Notes: generated by a model not told the origin, from the letters alone. A DNA stretch of 64,000 nucleotides from an uncultured bacterium (GCA_963827235.1 CAWHAE010000019.1:160001-224000); one strand, 5' to 3'; counted from the first letter of the stretch, positions 51,197 through 60,853 are shown. Numbers and translations: made by a program.

Positions 51197-52756
51197 TCAG
51201 CTCTCCGGGCCGCCTGCCTGCCTCGACATGGGCGCCGATCCCCCGGCGGCAGCCTCGCGCTCGCTAAGCGCCGCGGCAATGGTGTCCGATGCCCTGCGCT
51301 GCCAGCGGTAGAACGTGGCCTCGTCTTGCTGCAATAGCCAGTCGACGACTCGTTCCTCGTCTGCCTTCGGCGTCCCTTCCCTGGAGCGCCGTTCCTGGAG
51401 CCGGCGCTGCACGGCAGGTAGACGCCGCCGGCCGATACCCAGCACATAGGGGTAATAGAGGCAGTTGTAATACCGGTAGGCATCGCCGGTCACGCCGCCC
51501 GCGCGTCCCACCGGCCGCAGGCCGTCCAGGAGATCGATGAGCATCTCACGCAGCGCCGCCGTTCGATTCAGACGGTTGTCTTCTTGACCGCTTTCTTCGA
51601 GGTGCCTGCCCACCGCGCGTAGCTGCAAGAGCGGTGAGGTCGCCAGCCTGGTGGGGTCGGGCAGGTGGGTAAGGGCGCGCCGAACGGCATCTTCGAATTC
51701 CTTGCTCGTGGCCAGGGCAGAACTGATCCCGGTGGGCTGGGTCGCGAGCGCCTGCTCGTAGGCGCGTGCGGCCGCTCGCGCGTGCCGCACGGGAGGGGTG
51801 AAGAACAGCACGTCCAGACGTTCGTGCAGCGACTCGTGGAGCGTATAACCGGCGGTGATGGTTGCTACGACCAGCAGAACGGCCAGACACCGTCTCCCAT
51901 CGCCGAAACCGATAAGCCAGTCCATCACGGCCAGTCCGGGGATGAGCATGGTGGTAACGGCGGTAAAGCTGTGCAGGCAGTCGAGCCGCAGGTCCTTGCC
52001 CAGCAGCAGGGCGCTGCGCAGAGCTATGGTCACGCTTACGATGCCCAGACCGATCACCAGCGCCAGCAGACCGGGCCACTGATCCCAGTGCGTGTCTGCC
52101 AGCTCGTGCACGGTCAGGTAGCCGGCGCCGGCTAGGAAGCAGATGGCGGCGATCGCCAGCAGGCGTATCTCGCTCGATCGCTCGGGCGCTGCGCCGATCT
52201 CGGCTTGATCGCTCTGCACGTCCCGCGGAGTCACCGCCTCCATGCGACTGAGATTGAGGCAGGCTAGGCCGAGCGCTACCACCACATAGGTGACGTATAG
52301 AGCGAACAGCGGGCCGGAGCCTACCGGACGACTGGCAGTGGAGTGCGAGTAGTCGCGCTCGAGATCGGTGAACGTGCCGAGCACGGCGAGGATGCCGGCA
52401 CAGGCAATGTTTACGTATGCGACGGGCGTTCGCCAGCCGCTGCGCGCGGCGTGCGGGTCGAGCACGAGGCTGAGCTGCAGCCAGAGCGTTGCCGGCACGA
52501 TCGATGCCCACCAGCTGCAGCGATTGAGCAGCACCGCGGGATCTCCCGACAAGCTCTTGAGCCAGCAGTTGAAGAAGAAGAAGCAACACGTAGCTACCGC
52601 GGTCGCTCCCGTCAGATAGGCGGTCCGGCCGCGATCGCCGCGCGTAACGGCATAGAGGCCAATCCAGAGAAATCCGGCAAAGCCGGCGTAGTCAATCAGG
52701 TAGGTCGCGGTGTCTTCACCCACTGCCACGAACCCCTGACCGGATGACAACCGCAC
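51197..52756 (-). CDS. 7TM (HisKA_7TM-like) membrane sensor fused to a C-terminal putative HTH regulator domain
   Basis: About 8-9 TMs in the N-terminal 310 aa; VRRAL..L.DP..LA.SPLL, LREML, LYYPYV, EATFYRWQRRA; no H-box or ATPase motifs; start uncertain. Confidence 0.7.
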   Translation of the reverse strand: MRLSSGQGFVAVGEDTATYLIDYAGFAGFLWIGLYAVTRGDRGRTAYLTGATAVATCCFFFFNCWLKSLSGDPAVLLNRCSWWASIVPATLWLQLSLVLDPHAARSGWRTPVAYVNIACAGILAVLGTFTDLERDYSHSTASRPVGSGPLFALYVTYVVVALGLACLNLSRMEAVTPRDVQSDQAEIGAAPERSSEIRLLAIAAICFLAGAGYLTVHELADTHWDQWPGLLALVIGLGIVSVTIALRSALLLGKDLRLDCLHSFTAVTTMLIPGLAVMDWLIGFGDGRRCLAVLLVVATITAGYTLHESLHERLDVLFFTPPVRHARAAARAYEQALATQPTGISSALATSKEFEDAVRRALTHLPDPTRLATSPLLQLRAVGRHLEESGQEDNRLNRTAALREMLIDLLDGLRPVGRAGGVTGDAYRYYNCLYYPYVLGIGRRRLPAVQRRLQERRSREGTPKADEERVVDWLLQQDEATFYRWQRRASDTIAAALSEREAAAGGSAPMSRQAGGPES

Positions 52757-53152
52757 GAGCCGGCCGCCGGAGGCGGCGAGACGACGTCACGCTGCATCCC
52801 CGCTACATGCGGCGTCTCCTGCCGTGGCACGGCACCGATCGCCGCTCGTTTGCCGCAAGAAAGACCCAAGCGGCATTATAGTCCCGTGGCGGCGCCGTTC
52901 CAAGAGCAGAGCAGCACTCGAGGGCTGCTCGAGGCATGGAAAGGACGGGCGCGGGCAAGGCCGGGGACGCAGGCAGCGTACCTGCCTCGCATCGCACGTC
53001 ACCATGCCGGTGCGCGCGCCGGCTAGTCAACCCTGGGCGGCATGGCGCGCAGGCGGCTACCCTGGACCTCGGAGATGGTGGGAGCCGGAGGACGCCGCGG
53101 GGTAGATCCATAGGCAACGGCCGGCGGCGCCATTGCCTGCAAAGGAGTACAG

Positions 53153-54442
53153 GTGAGTTCGAGCGCAAGAGCCGACATCAGCCTTGGCGAGGCACGCGCC
53201 CTGGCGGTGGCCGCGCAGTGCCTCGCCGCCGTACCGGTTGCTCCGGTCGACAGCATGGCTGTACTGCGCACGATCGACCGTCTCGGCGTGCTGCAGGTCG
53301 ACACCATTAGCGTGGTCGAGCGTTCGCAGTATCTCGTGCTCTGGAGCAGGCTCGGCAGCTACGATCCGGGCTTGCTCGACTCTCTGCTCTTTCCGCGGCG
53401 GCTGGTGTTTGAGTGCATGGCACCGGTCGCCCTGATCGCTCCCATGGCAAACTACCGCTTCTACCAGCCCGGCATGCTGGCCGCCGCGGAGGAGGGCCGG
53501 CGGCGATCGCGGGAGTGGCTGGCAGAGCACCCGGACGCTCTCCTGGCGACGCTCGAAGCCGTGCGCAGCCGCGGTCCCATGGCTTCCGCCGACTTCGAGC
53601 GACCGGACGGAGCTACTCGAAGCGCGCCGTGGGACTGGCATGGGTCTAAACCGAGCCGGCGGGCACTCGAGATGCTGTACGGTTCAGGTGAGCTCATGGT
53701 GCACAGCCGTTGTGGCGGGCAAAAGCTCTACGACCTCCGTGAGCGCGTGCTGGCGGAGGCCTTCGGCGATGAGGCGCCGCGCGACGACGATTTGCCGGGC
53801 GCCGCCGAGCGCGTCGCATTCTTCGCCGCCCATGCCGCCGAGGCGCTGGGCATCGTGATTCCGGCCTGGTTGTGGGAGTACCACGCCCTGCGACCGGCGC
53901 GCGGCTCGGGTAAGAATCACCGTGACTCCGCCTTGGCTGCCCTGGAGGACTTGGTCGACGCCGGCAGGATGATCAGGGTCTCCGTAGATGGCCTCGAGGG
54001 GCCGGCCTACATGGCGTCGTCGCTGCGCGATTCGCTCAGCCGGCGGCATCGAAAGCGGGCTCCGGCGCGCACGACCTTGCTTTCGCCCTTTGACAGCCTG
54101 ATCTGGGATCGTGCGCGGACCCGAGCCCTGTTCGGCTTCGACGTCTGCTTCGAAGCCTACGTCCCGCCTGCCAGGCGCAGGTTCGGCTACTACTGCCTTC
54201 CGATCCTCCATGGGAACAGGCTGGTCGGCCGACTGGACCCCAAGATGGATCGAGCCTCTCGCCGTCTTCTGGTGCGGGCGGCCTACCTCGAGCCGGACGC
54301 GCGTATCGACGAGGCCCTGCTCGACGGGGTCGCAGCGGCCCTGCTTGACCTGGCGCGTTTCCTGGGCGGCAGCGGAGTGCACCTGGGCGATCGTGGCAGC
54401 GCCGAGTTGATAGAAGGGCTTGCAACGCGCCTGCGAGACTGA
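53153..54442 (+). CDS. ycaQ: YcaQ/AlkZ-family (HTH_42) interstrand-crosslink DNA glycosylase
   Basis: LGVLQVDTISVVERSQYLVLWSRLGSY (QxD catalytic motif), LLSPFDSLIWDRAR, FEAYVP..RRRFGYYCLPIL. Confidence 0.88.
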   Translation: MSSSARADISLGEARALAVAAQCLAAVPVAPVDSMAVLRTIDRLGVLQVDTISVVERSQYLVLWSRLGSYDPGLLDSLLFPRRLVFECMAPVALIAPMANYRFYQPGMLAAAEEGRRRSREWLAEHPDALLATLEAVRSRGPMASADFERPDGATRSAPWDWHGSKPSRRALEMLYGSGELMVHSRCGGQKLYDLRERVLAEAFGDEAPRDDDLPGAAERVAFFAAHAAEALGIVIPAWLWEYHALRPARGSGKNHRDSALAALEDLVDAGRMIRVSVDGLEGPAYMASSLRDSLSRRHRKRAPARTTLLSPFDSLIWDRARTRALFGFDVCFEAYVPPARRRFGYYCLPILHGNRLVGRLDPKMDRASRRLLVRAAYLEPDARIDEALLDGVAAALLDLARFLGGSGVHLGDRGSAELIEGLATRLRD

Positions 54443-54743
54443 CCCTCCCCGCCGGTGCCTGTTTCACCGACTCTTGAGTATAGGGCCTCGGCATCAGCGC
54501 TGCCGGCTCTCTGAATCTGGTTAAGTACCGGCACCGTAGGTGATAAGTGGGGGCGCTCCCCGGCCGGCTCGCCCAGCCGGCGCCGTCGTATGGAGAGAGG
54601 GGGTTGCTCAAACGACTGGTAGAACGCGGCGACATCACGGTCTGGGGCCGGCGTCGTCGCCGGTCTACGTTGCCTTGCCTGCTCTCGGCGCGCCTCTCGT
54701 TGCGCGCCGAGGCGATCGAACCACGAATCAACGGAGGTACAGA

Positions 54744-55247
54744 ATGACACTTGCGCCTCGCTGCGCGGCTACTGTCGGCGCGCTCGCCTTGGCCTTATCC
54801 GTCTATGGCGTTTCGGCGGCTGCGCCGGCCACTACCACCTTTCCCCTGCGCGGCACGCGGATGGCGAGCATGGCGCATGGGTTGGCGCAGATCACGCAGA
54901 CGGCGCCGGGCGACTACATGGTGACCGTCACGGTCGACAAGTTGCCCGCCCCGGCCACCTTGAAGACGACCCCCATCCGCCATGCCTACGTCGCCTGGGC
55001 GCTGGTCATGTCGAGCCAGCCGCGCTCAACCAGCAGCCAGAAGCGGCCGGCCGGCGCCCGACCACAGCTCGGCCCCCTGACGCCCATACGGCTTCATGCC
55101 ACCACGGCAGGTACCTACACGGGCAGCGGCGTGGTTATGATGAAGAGCGAGCCGTCCATCTTGATCACTGCTGAGGTGAGCGAGACGGTCGACAAGCCTG
55201 CCACGCCGTTGTGGGGCGTCTTGATTGGACGTCCGGGCAGTATGTAA
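54744..55247 (+). CDS. Secreted hypothetical protein (anti-sigma C-terminal/CHRD-like beta domain)
   Basis: Signal peptide, LPAP...AYVAW...ILITAE...PATP; GGAGG RBS. Confidence 0.65.
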   Translation: MTLAPRCAATVGALALALSVYGVSAAAPATTTFPLRGTRMASMAHGLAQITQTAPGDYMVTVTVDKLPAPATLKTTPIRHAYVAWALVMSSQPRSTSSQKRPAGARPQLGPLTPIRLHATTAGTYTGSGVVMMKSEPSILITAEVSETVDKPATPLWGVLIGRPGSM

Positions 55248-55304
55248 GAAGCGCTCTCCTCCCGGAGTTCGTGTTCGCAGCGCCCTGGGGATCGCGGCGA
55301 CCAC

Positions 55305-55340
55305 CCGTGCCTCGAGCTCAGGCTCGAGGCACGGCTGTTT
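55305..55340 (+). terminator. Intrinsic terminator-like hairpin
   Basis: CCGTGCCTCGAGC-TCAG-GCTCGAGGCACGG (13-bp perfect stem) followed by CTGTTTCTT. Confidence 0.6.
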
Positions 55341-55441
55341 CTTCCACGCCAGGTGCGTGCTGGTCATAGCTGCTCACGAAAGTCTCCCTCGACACTGACG
55401 AAATCCCCTTCGATCAGTAATCAGACTTGGCCATTCCCATG

Positions 55442-55450
55442 TGGTATGAT
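55442..55450 (+). promoter_or_regulatory. Extended -10 promoter of the metG leader
   Basis: TG-G-TATGAT; predicted +1 falls on the A of ATG 55458. Confidence 0.65.
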
Positions 55451-55457
55451 CGTAGCC

Positions 55458-55553
55458 ATGCAGACGAGCCTGATCTCCACGACCGCCGCCGGAGCGCTGA
55501 GCATGCCTATGTCCATGCGCCGGCCTCGTCTGTGCGCGCGAGGCGGGCCGTAG
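55458..55553 (+). CDS. Leaderless Met-sensing leader peptide (31 aa) of metG
   Basis: MQTSLISTTAAGALSMPMSMRRPRLCARGGP*: ATG codons at 55503, 55509 and 55515; tandem TAGTAG stop in a hairpin loop. Confidence 0.7.
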   Translation: MQTSLISTTAAGALSMPMSMRRPRLCARGGP

Positions 55554-55581
55554 TAGCCCGCCCGGCCGGTACCCAGAGCAG

Positions 55582-55620
55582 ACGAGGCGCCTTGAGTGAT
55601 CGAGGCGCCTCGTGTTTTTT
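55582..55620 (+). terminator. Attenuator terminator upstream of metG
   Basis: ACGAGGCGCCTTGA-GTGA-TCGAGGCGCCTCGT (14 bp, one G-U) plus GTTTTTT; 5' arm can instead pair with GCCTCGTCTG (55523-55532). Confidence 0.85.
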
Positions 55621-55631
55621 GTGGAGGACCA

Positions 55632-57392
55632 GTGAGCGAGCATGTCGGCGTCTTCGTAGCCTGGCCGTACGCGAACGGTGACATCCATCTCGGGCACGTA
55701 GCCGGCGCCTATCTGCCGGCTGACATCTTCGCTCGCTATCATCGGCTGCGCGGAGACCACGTGCTGATGGTCAGCGGAAGTGACGCTCATGGAACGCCGG
55801 TCAGTCTACAGGCCGAGGCCGAAGGTGTCTCGCCGCGCGTCTACTTTGAGCGCTTCCACCACCGGTTCCTGGACGACTTGCTTCACCTGGGTGCCGGCTT
55901 CGACCTCTTCACACACACGAACACCGATCTGCATGCCGCCGTGGCGCAGGACATTTTCCGCGCGTTGCATGAACGGGGCCTGATCCGGCCGGGCACGACG
56001 ACCCAGCTCTATTGCGAGAAACACCGTCGGTTCCTCCCCGATCGATACGTGGAAGGGAGCTGCCCGCTCTGCGGTGAATCTGGGGCACGGGGCGATCAAT
56101 GCGATGCCTGCGGGCACACACTCGACGCAGCGAATCTCGTCGAGCCCCGCTGCAGGCTGTGTGGATGTTCCCCGATATCGCGTGAGAGCACGCACCTGTT
56201 CCTCGACCTCCCGGTCTTCCAGGACGGCATCGCCGCCTACATCGAACGGCAGGCGCATTGGCGCCCTAACGTGCTCAACTTCGCGCGCAACTACGTCGGC
56301 GGCGGGCTGCGGCCGCGCGCCGTCTCACGCGATCTCGACTGGGGCATTCCGATCCCGGTGCCCGGCTATGAGGGAAAGGTGATGTACGTCTGGTTCGAGG
56401 CAGTTATTGGCTATCTCTCAGCCAGCATGGAGTGGGCGCGGACTCGGGGCGAGGCGGCCGAGTGGCAGGCGTGGTGGCGTAGCCCGGATGCGCGCGGTTA
56501 CTACTTCATCGGCAAGGACAACATCCCCTTCCATGCCGTAATCTGGCCTGCCGAGCTCATGGGCTGGGACTCGAGCCTGGCGCTGCCCTACGACATCCCG
56601 GCCAACGAGTTCCTCACCCTGGAGGGCAGACGGCTCAGCACCAGCCGCCGGTGGGCCGTCTGGCTGTCCGACTATTTGCAGCGCTATGGGCCGGACCCTC
56701 TTCGCTACTATCTGACCGGCATTGCGCCGGAGAGCGGAGACAGCGAGTTCACCTGGCAGGGCTTTCTCGATCACAACAACAACGAGCTGCTGGCTACGTG
56801 GGGCAACCTGGTCCAGCGCGTGATTAGCTTCGCGCACAGCCGCTGGGAAGGGCGAGTGCCGGTTCCAGGCGCGCTGGACCGGCGAGACGACGCGATGCTC
56901 GCTGAGATCGAGCAGGGATTTGCCACGGTCGGCGACCTCTATGCTCGCGTCAGGCCGGCCGCCGCGCTTCGAGAGGCCATGGCCCTGGCGCGCGCCGTGA
57001 ATCGGTACTTGGACGACAAGGCACCGTGGTTCCAGATTAGGCAGGATCGGGCGGCGGCTGCCACCACGGTCTTCGTGGCACTGATGGCCATCGACTCTCT
57101 GAGCATTCTTCTGGCGCCCGTGCTGCCGTTCACGAGCGAGCAGACACGCCGGTACCTGGGCTACGATCGGCCGTTGTTCGGCAGCCTGCGGGTCGAACAG
57201 AGCGAGGAAACAACGCAGCCCCACGCGGTGCTTCGTTACCTGCCTCACCCGGAAGAGGGGGTAATAGACCGCTGGCAGCCGAGCGCGTTGCCTGCCGGCC
57301 GTCCGCTCGAGCGGCCGATGGTGCTTTTCGAGAGGCTCGACCAGTGCATCGTTACCGAGGAGCGCGCTCGGCTCCGCGCGTGGTCTGGATGA
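55632..57392 (+). CDS. metG: Methionine--tRNA ligase
   Basis: AWPYANGDIHLGH (HIGH), SGSDAHG, zinc knuckles, SRDLDWG, YVWFEA, GKDNIPFH, RLSTS (KMSKS equivalent); GGAGG RBS, GTG start. Confidence 0.96.
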   Translation: MSEHVGVFVAWPYANGDIHLGHVAGAYLPADIFARYHRLRGDHVLMVSGSDAHGTPVSLQAEAEGVSPRVYFERFHHRFLDDLLHLGAGFDLFTHTNTDLHAAVAQDIFRALHERGLIRPGTTTQLYCEKHRRFLPDRYVEGSCPLCGESGARGDQCDACGHTLDAANLVEPRCRLCGCSPISRESTHLFLDLPVFQDGIAAYIERQAHWRPNVLNFARNYVGGGLRPRAVSRDLDWGIPIPVPGYEGKVMYVWFEAVIGYLSASMEWARTRGEAAEWQAWWRSPDARGYYFIGKDNIPFHAVIWPAELMGWDSSLALPYDIPANEFLTLEGRRLSTSRRWAVWLSDYLQRYGPDPLRYYLTGIAPESGDSEFTWQGFLDHNNNELLATWGNLVQRVISFAHSRWEGRVPVPGALDRRDDAMLAEIEQGFATVGDLYARVRPAAALREAMALARAVNRYLDDKAPWFQIRQDRAAAATTVFVALMAIDSLSILLAPVLPFTSEQTRRYLGYDRPLFGSLRVEQSEETTQPHAVLRYLPHPEEGVIDRWQPSALPAGRPLERPMVLFERLDQCIVTEERARLRAWSG

Positions 57393-57399
57393 TGATCGG

Positions 57400-57719
57400 A
57401 CCCCGCCCCTGCCCACGCCGCCGGTGACGCCGATGCCACGCTGCACGACAAGGTGCTGGCCCGAAACGGTTACTCTTGGCGCTCGACCGATAGGGACAGC
57501 GACGGAGGAGCTCACTGGACGCTGGCGGCGGGCGGTATTGCGGTCCCTCCCGCTCCGGGCGCCTTTCCCAGCGACGTGAGCGGCAGTTACTTCTACTCTC
57601 CCGCCTCCGGCTGGACCAGCGTCGTGATCGGTCCCGGACCGCAATTGAGCGGTCTCTACCACTCGATTGATGGCGGCCATGCCTGGAAAGCCCGGCATCC
57701 GTTGTTTGCCGCAGCCTGA
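57400..57719 (+). pseudogene. Fragment of a BNR/Asp-box repeat protein
   Basis: WRSTD(RDSD)GGAHW and LYHSIDGGHAWK Asp-boxes; no RBS or signal peptide. Confidence 0.5.
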
Positions 57720-57972
57720 TCCACGGTGCGGTGACGGCAGTGCCTGTGCATGGTGAACGCCCCGTGCTGTACCCTGTGGAGAAGGCGGCGATTCGCGGCT
57801 CGCCGGTCATTCGGTCGTTGGCAGCGCTCGAGTGCGGGCCGCGGCCGCGCGAGCAGACGAGGGACCCCGCGAGCGGGTACACGGCGGCGAACCGCGGGTC
57901 ATCAATGGCTACGACCATGACAGTAGTTGCTCACCGGCACGATGCCGGCGATCGCGCGTTGCGGAGGGATGC

Positions 57973-58047
57973 ATGCGCCTGCTCGCTCCCAGCCGCGACG
58001 ACGTAGTGCGCATTCGGATCGCACCACGGCGCGCCGCGCGCCGGTAA
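57973..58047 (+). CDS. Candidate branched-chain amino acid leader peptide of ilvD (24 aa)
   Basis: GGAGG RBS; MRLLAPSRDDVVRIRIAPRRAARR*; hairpin 58086-58106 just before the ilvD RBS. Confidence 0.35.
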   Translation: MRLLAPSRDDVVRIRIAPRRAARR

Positions 58048-58123
58048 ACCGGGCCCGGCTTGGCGAGCGCACATAGATTGGGCACCGGGACGTTCCTGGC
58101 GTCCCGTGTGAGGGGAGATGGAC

Positions 58124-59839
58124 ATGTCGACGGTTACCACGCGGCAAATGCGCTCAGACACGATCAAGAAGGGCTTCGAGCGTGCACCTCATCGGGCACT
58201 GCTCCGCGCTACCGGCGTGATCCGGGACGAGAAGGACTTTGAGAAGCCGTTCATCGCCGTGATCAATAGCTACGTGGACATTATTCCCGGTCACGCCCAC
58301 CTGCAGGAGGTCGCCAGGACCGTGAAGGCTGCCATTCGCGCGGCGGGTGGCGTGCCCTTCGAGTTCAACACCATCGGCGTGGACGACGGTATCGCCATGG
58401 GACATATCGGCATGAAGTACTCGCTGCCCAGCCGCGAGCTGATTGCCGATTGCGTGGAGACGGTGATCGCCGCCCACGCCTTTGACGGCATGATCTGTAT
58501 CCCGAACTGCGACAAGATCGTGCCCGGGATGCTGATGGCTACCATGCGCTTGAACATCCCCACTATCTTCTGCTCCGGCGGGCCGATGCGAGCCGGGCGC
58601 CTGGCCAGCGGGGCCAAGGCAGATCTGATCACCGTGTTCGAGGCGGTCGGCGCATACGCGCAGGGCAAAGTCAGCGACGAAGCGCTGCTGGAGCTGGAGC
58701 AGAAGGCCTGTCCCTCCTGCGGCTCGTGCTCCGGCATGTTCACGGCCAATTCCATGAACTGCCTGTGCGAAGCGCTGGGCATTGCTCTTCCCGGCAACGG
58801 CACCATCCTGGCCAGAACGCCGGAGCGTGAGGAGCACTACCGCCGCTCGGCCGCGCGCTTGCTGCATCTGGTCGAAGAGAACGTCCGCCCGCTGGACATC
58901 ATCACGCCGCCGCGATCGACAACGCCTTCGCCCTGGATATGGCGATGGGAGGCTCGACCAACACGGTGCTGCACACGCTGGCTCTCTGCCACGAGGGTGG
59001 GGTGGACTACCCGCTCGAGCGGCTGAACGAAGTCGCGGCGCGCGTGCCGTACATCTGCAAGGTGTCGCCGGCCTCCGCGAAGGTGCACATCGAGGACGTG
59101 CACCGCGCCGGCGGTATCAGCGCCATTCTGCACGAGCTGAGCCGCCGGCCCGGGCATCCTGCACCTCGACGTGCCGACGGTGACCGGCAAGACGCTGGGC
59201 GAGAACATCGCGCGGCTCTGCCGTCGCCGATTCCGCGGTGATTCGGCCGCTGGATGAGCCGTTCCAGGACCGCGGCGGACTGACGGTGCTCTTCGGCAAC
59301 CTGGCGCCTGATGGTGCCGTCGTCAAGTCCGGGCGCCATCGACGAGTCTGCCTGGAAGTTCCGCGGTGCGTGCCGCATCTATGAGAGCGGGGAAGCAGGC
59401 CCAGGCCGCTATTCTGCGCGGCGAGGTAGTGGCCGGCGATGCCGTGGTCATCCGCTACGAGGGACCCAAGGGCGGTCCCGGCATGCAGGAGATGCTCGGG
59501 CCGACCGGCGCCCTGGCGGGCATGGGCTCGGCGACGTCGGTCGCGTTGCTGACCGACGGACGCTTCAGCGGCGGCAGCCGCGGCATGGCCATCGGCCACA
59601 TCTCGCCGGAAGCGGCAGCCGGTGGACCCATCGCCGCGCTGCGCGACGGGAGACATCATCGTCCATCGACATCCAGGCCTGCCGGCTGGACGTCGAGCTG
59701 AGCGAAGACGAGCTGAGCCGTCGCCTCAAAGAGGCGCGACCGCCCGAGCAGCGTGCTGCCTGGTCGCTGGCTAAGGCGCTATCGGAGCCTGGTGACCTCG
59801 GCAAATACGGGGGCGGTACTGCGCGACCCGGACTACTAA
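58124..59839 (+). CDS. ilvD: Dihydroxy-acid dehydratase, with about 7 frameshifts in the 3' half (probable sequence errors)
   Basis: [94 protein letters not shown] across several frames. Confidence 0.9.
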
Positions 59840-59841
59840 AG

Positions 59842-59965
59842 GCAAGCCACGCCGGGACCCACGGTGGCGTCGAAGGCGCACTCGATGCTCCAGGATTCAT
59901 CCTGGGCAGAATCATGTCCCGCCAAGCACGGAGTTCACTCTGCCCCTGCGGGTTCCACGTTGGCC
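59842..59965. repeat. REP-like dispersed repeat, copy B (uninterrupted)
   Basis: Begins 3 bp after the ilvD stop; contains hairpins CCAGGAT-TC-ATCCTGG and GAGT-TC-ACTC; colinear with copy A. Confidence 0.8.
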
Positions 59966-60316
59966 TGGGTATAGGTGTGCCGGGGATGCTCGCGCTGCCC
60001 TGGGACCACCTGCGTCGCCGCGGAGCCACGCGGGCTGCTCCTCGAGGTGTGCCGCAGTCTGCGAGCCGGCCTTCCCGATAGCGTCTCCCGCCCGCGCGCC
60101 GCTGTGGTCTGTAGATAGCGACCGAGCCCGTTTGTCGCGCCGGCCACGGCCCGCGCCGCGGCACCACGCAGAAAGGCGTCCGGCTGGTGCTGATGCACGA
60201 GGGCAAGTGCAGGACACTGGGGAAGGTCGTAGGGGGTGTCCGCCGCTCGCGCGGCCGGTGTGCCCGCATGGGGCGCGGGCCATCCGGTCTCGAGCGTGCC
60301 GGGAAGCGGCAGACAA

Positions 60317-60853
60317 TCAGGCGGTAACCAGGGTGGGCTCTCCAGCTTTCCATCCGCACGCGGTGAGTCCGCCTGCCTGGATGGCCTTCAGAGACCGCAA
60401 TACTTCGTCGACGCTTCGACCGGTATCGAGGTCGTTCACGGCCACGAACCGGATCACGCCCTCGGGATCGACGATGAACGTGGCACGCAGGGCTACACCC
60501 TCCTGATGATCGAGGATTCCCAGTGCCATCGACAGCTCGCGCTTCAGGTCCGCCGCCATGGGGAACGGCAGATGACGGATGAGCGGGTTCTGCTCACGCC
60601 ACGCCAGATGCACGAACTCATTGTCTACGCTGACGCCGAGAATGTCTGCCTCAACCGCGCTGAACTCGGGTTGCATCTTGCCGAATCCTGCGATCTCGGT
60701 GGGGCATACGAAGGTGAAATCCTTGGGCCAGAAGAACGCTACCAGCCAACGACCTTTGTACTCCGACAAGGAGACGCGTGTGATGGTCGGATCCTCGAAA
60801 CCGTCGACTGCAGCCAAGTCAAAATCCGGGAAACGGTCGCCAACCGTGAGCAT
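60317..60853 (-). CDS. ahpC: Peroxiredoxin AhpC
   Basis: FWPKDFTFVCPTEI, ALRATFIVDPEG, GRSVDEVLR, C-terminal TACGWK; AAGGAG RBS. Confidence 0.92.
   Translation of the reverse strand: MLTVGDRFPDFDLAAVDGFEDPTITRVSLSEYKGRWLVAFFWPKDFTFVCPTEIAGFGKMQPEFSAVEADILGVSVDNEFVHLAWREQNPLIRHLPFPMAADLKRELSMALGILDHQEGVALRATFIVDPEGVIRFVAVNDLDTGRSVDEVLRSLKAIQAGGLTACGWKAGEPTLVTA

Noticed and set aside
53144-53162. SOS box at the ycaQ start (GTAC-AGGTGA-GTTC)
   Set aside because: Spacer is 6 bp rather than 4 and the site coincides with the RBS and start codon.
55450-55620. T-box or SAM riboswitch upstream of metG
   Set aside because: GGTACC is present but the T-box UGGN bulge consensus and stem I motifs are not; no SAM-I core seen. 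The leader-peptide model explains all helices.
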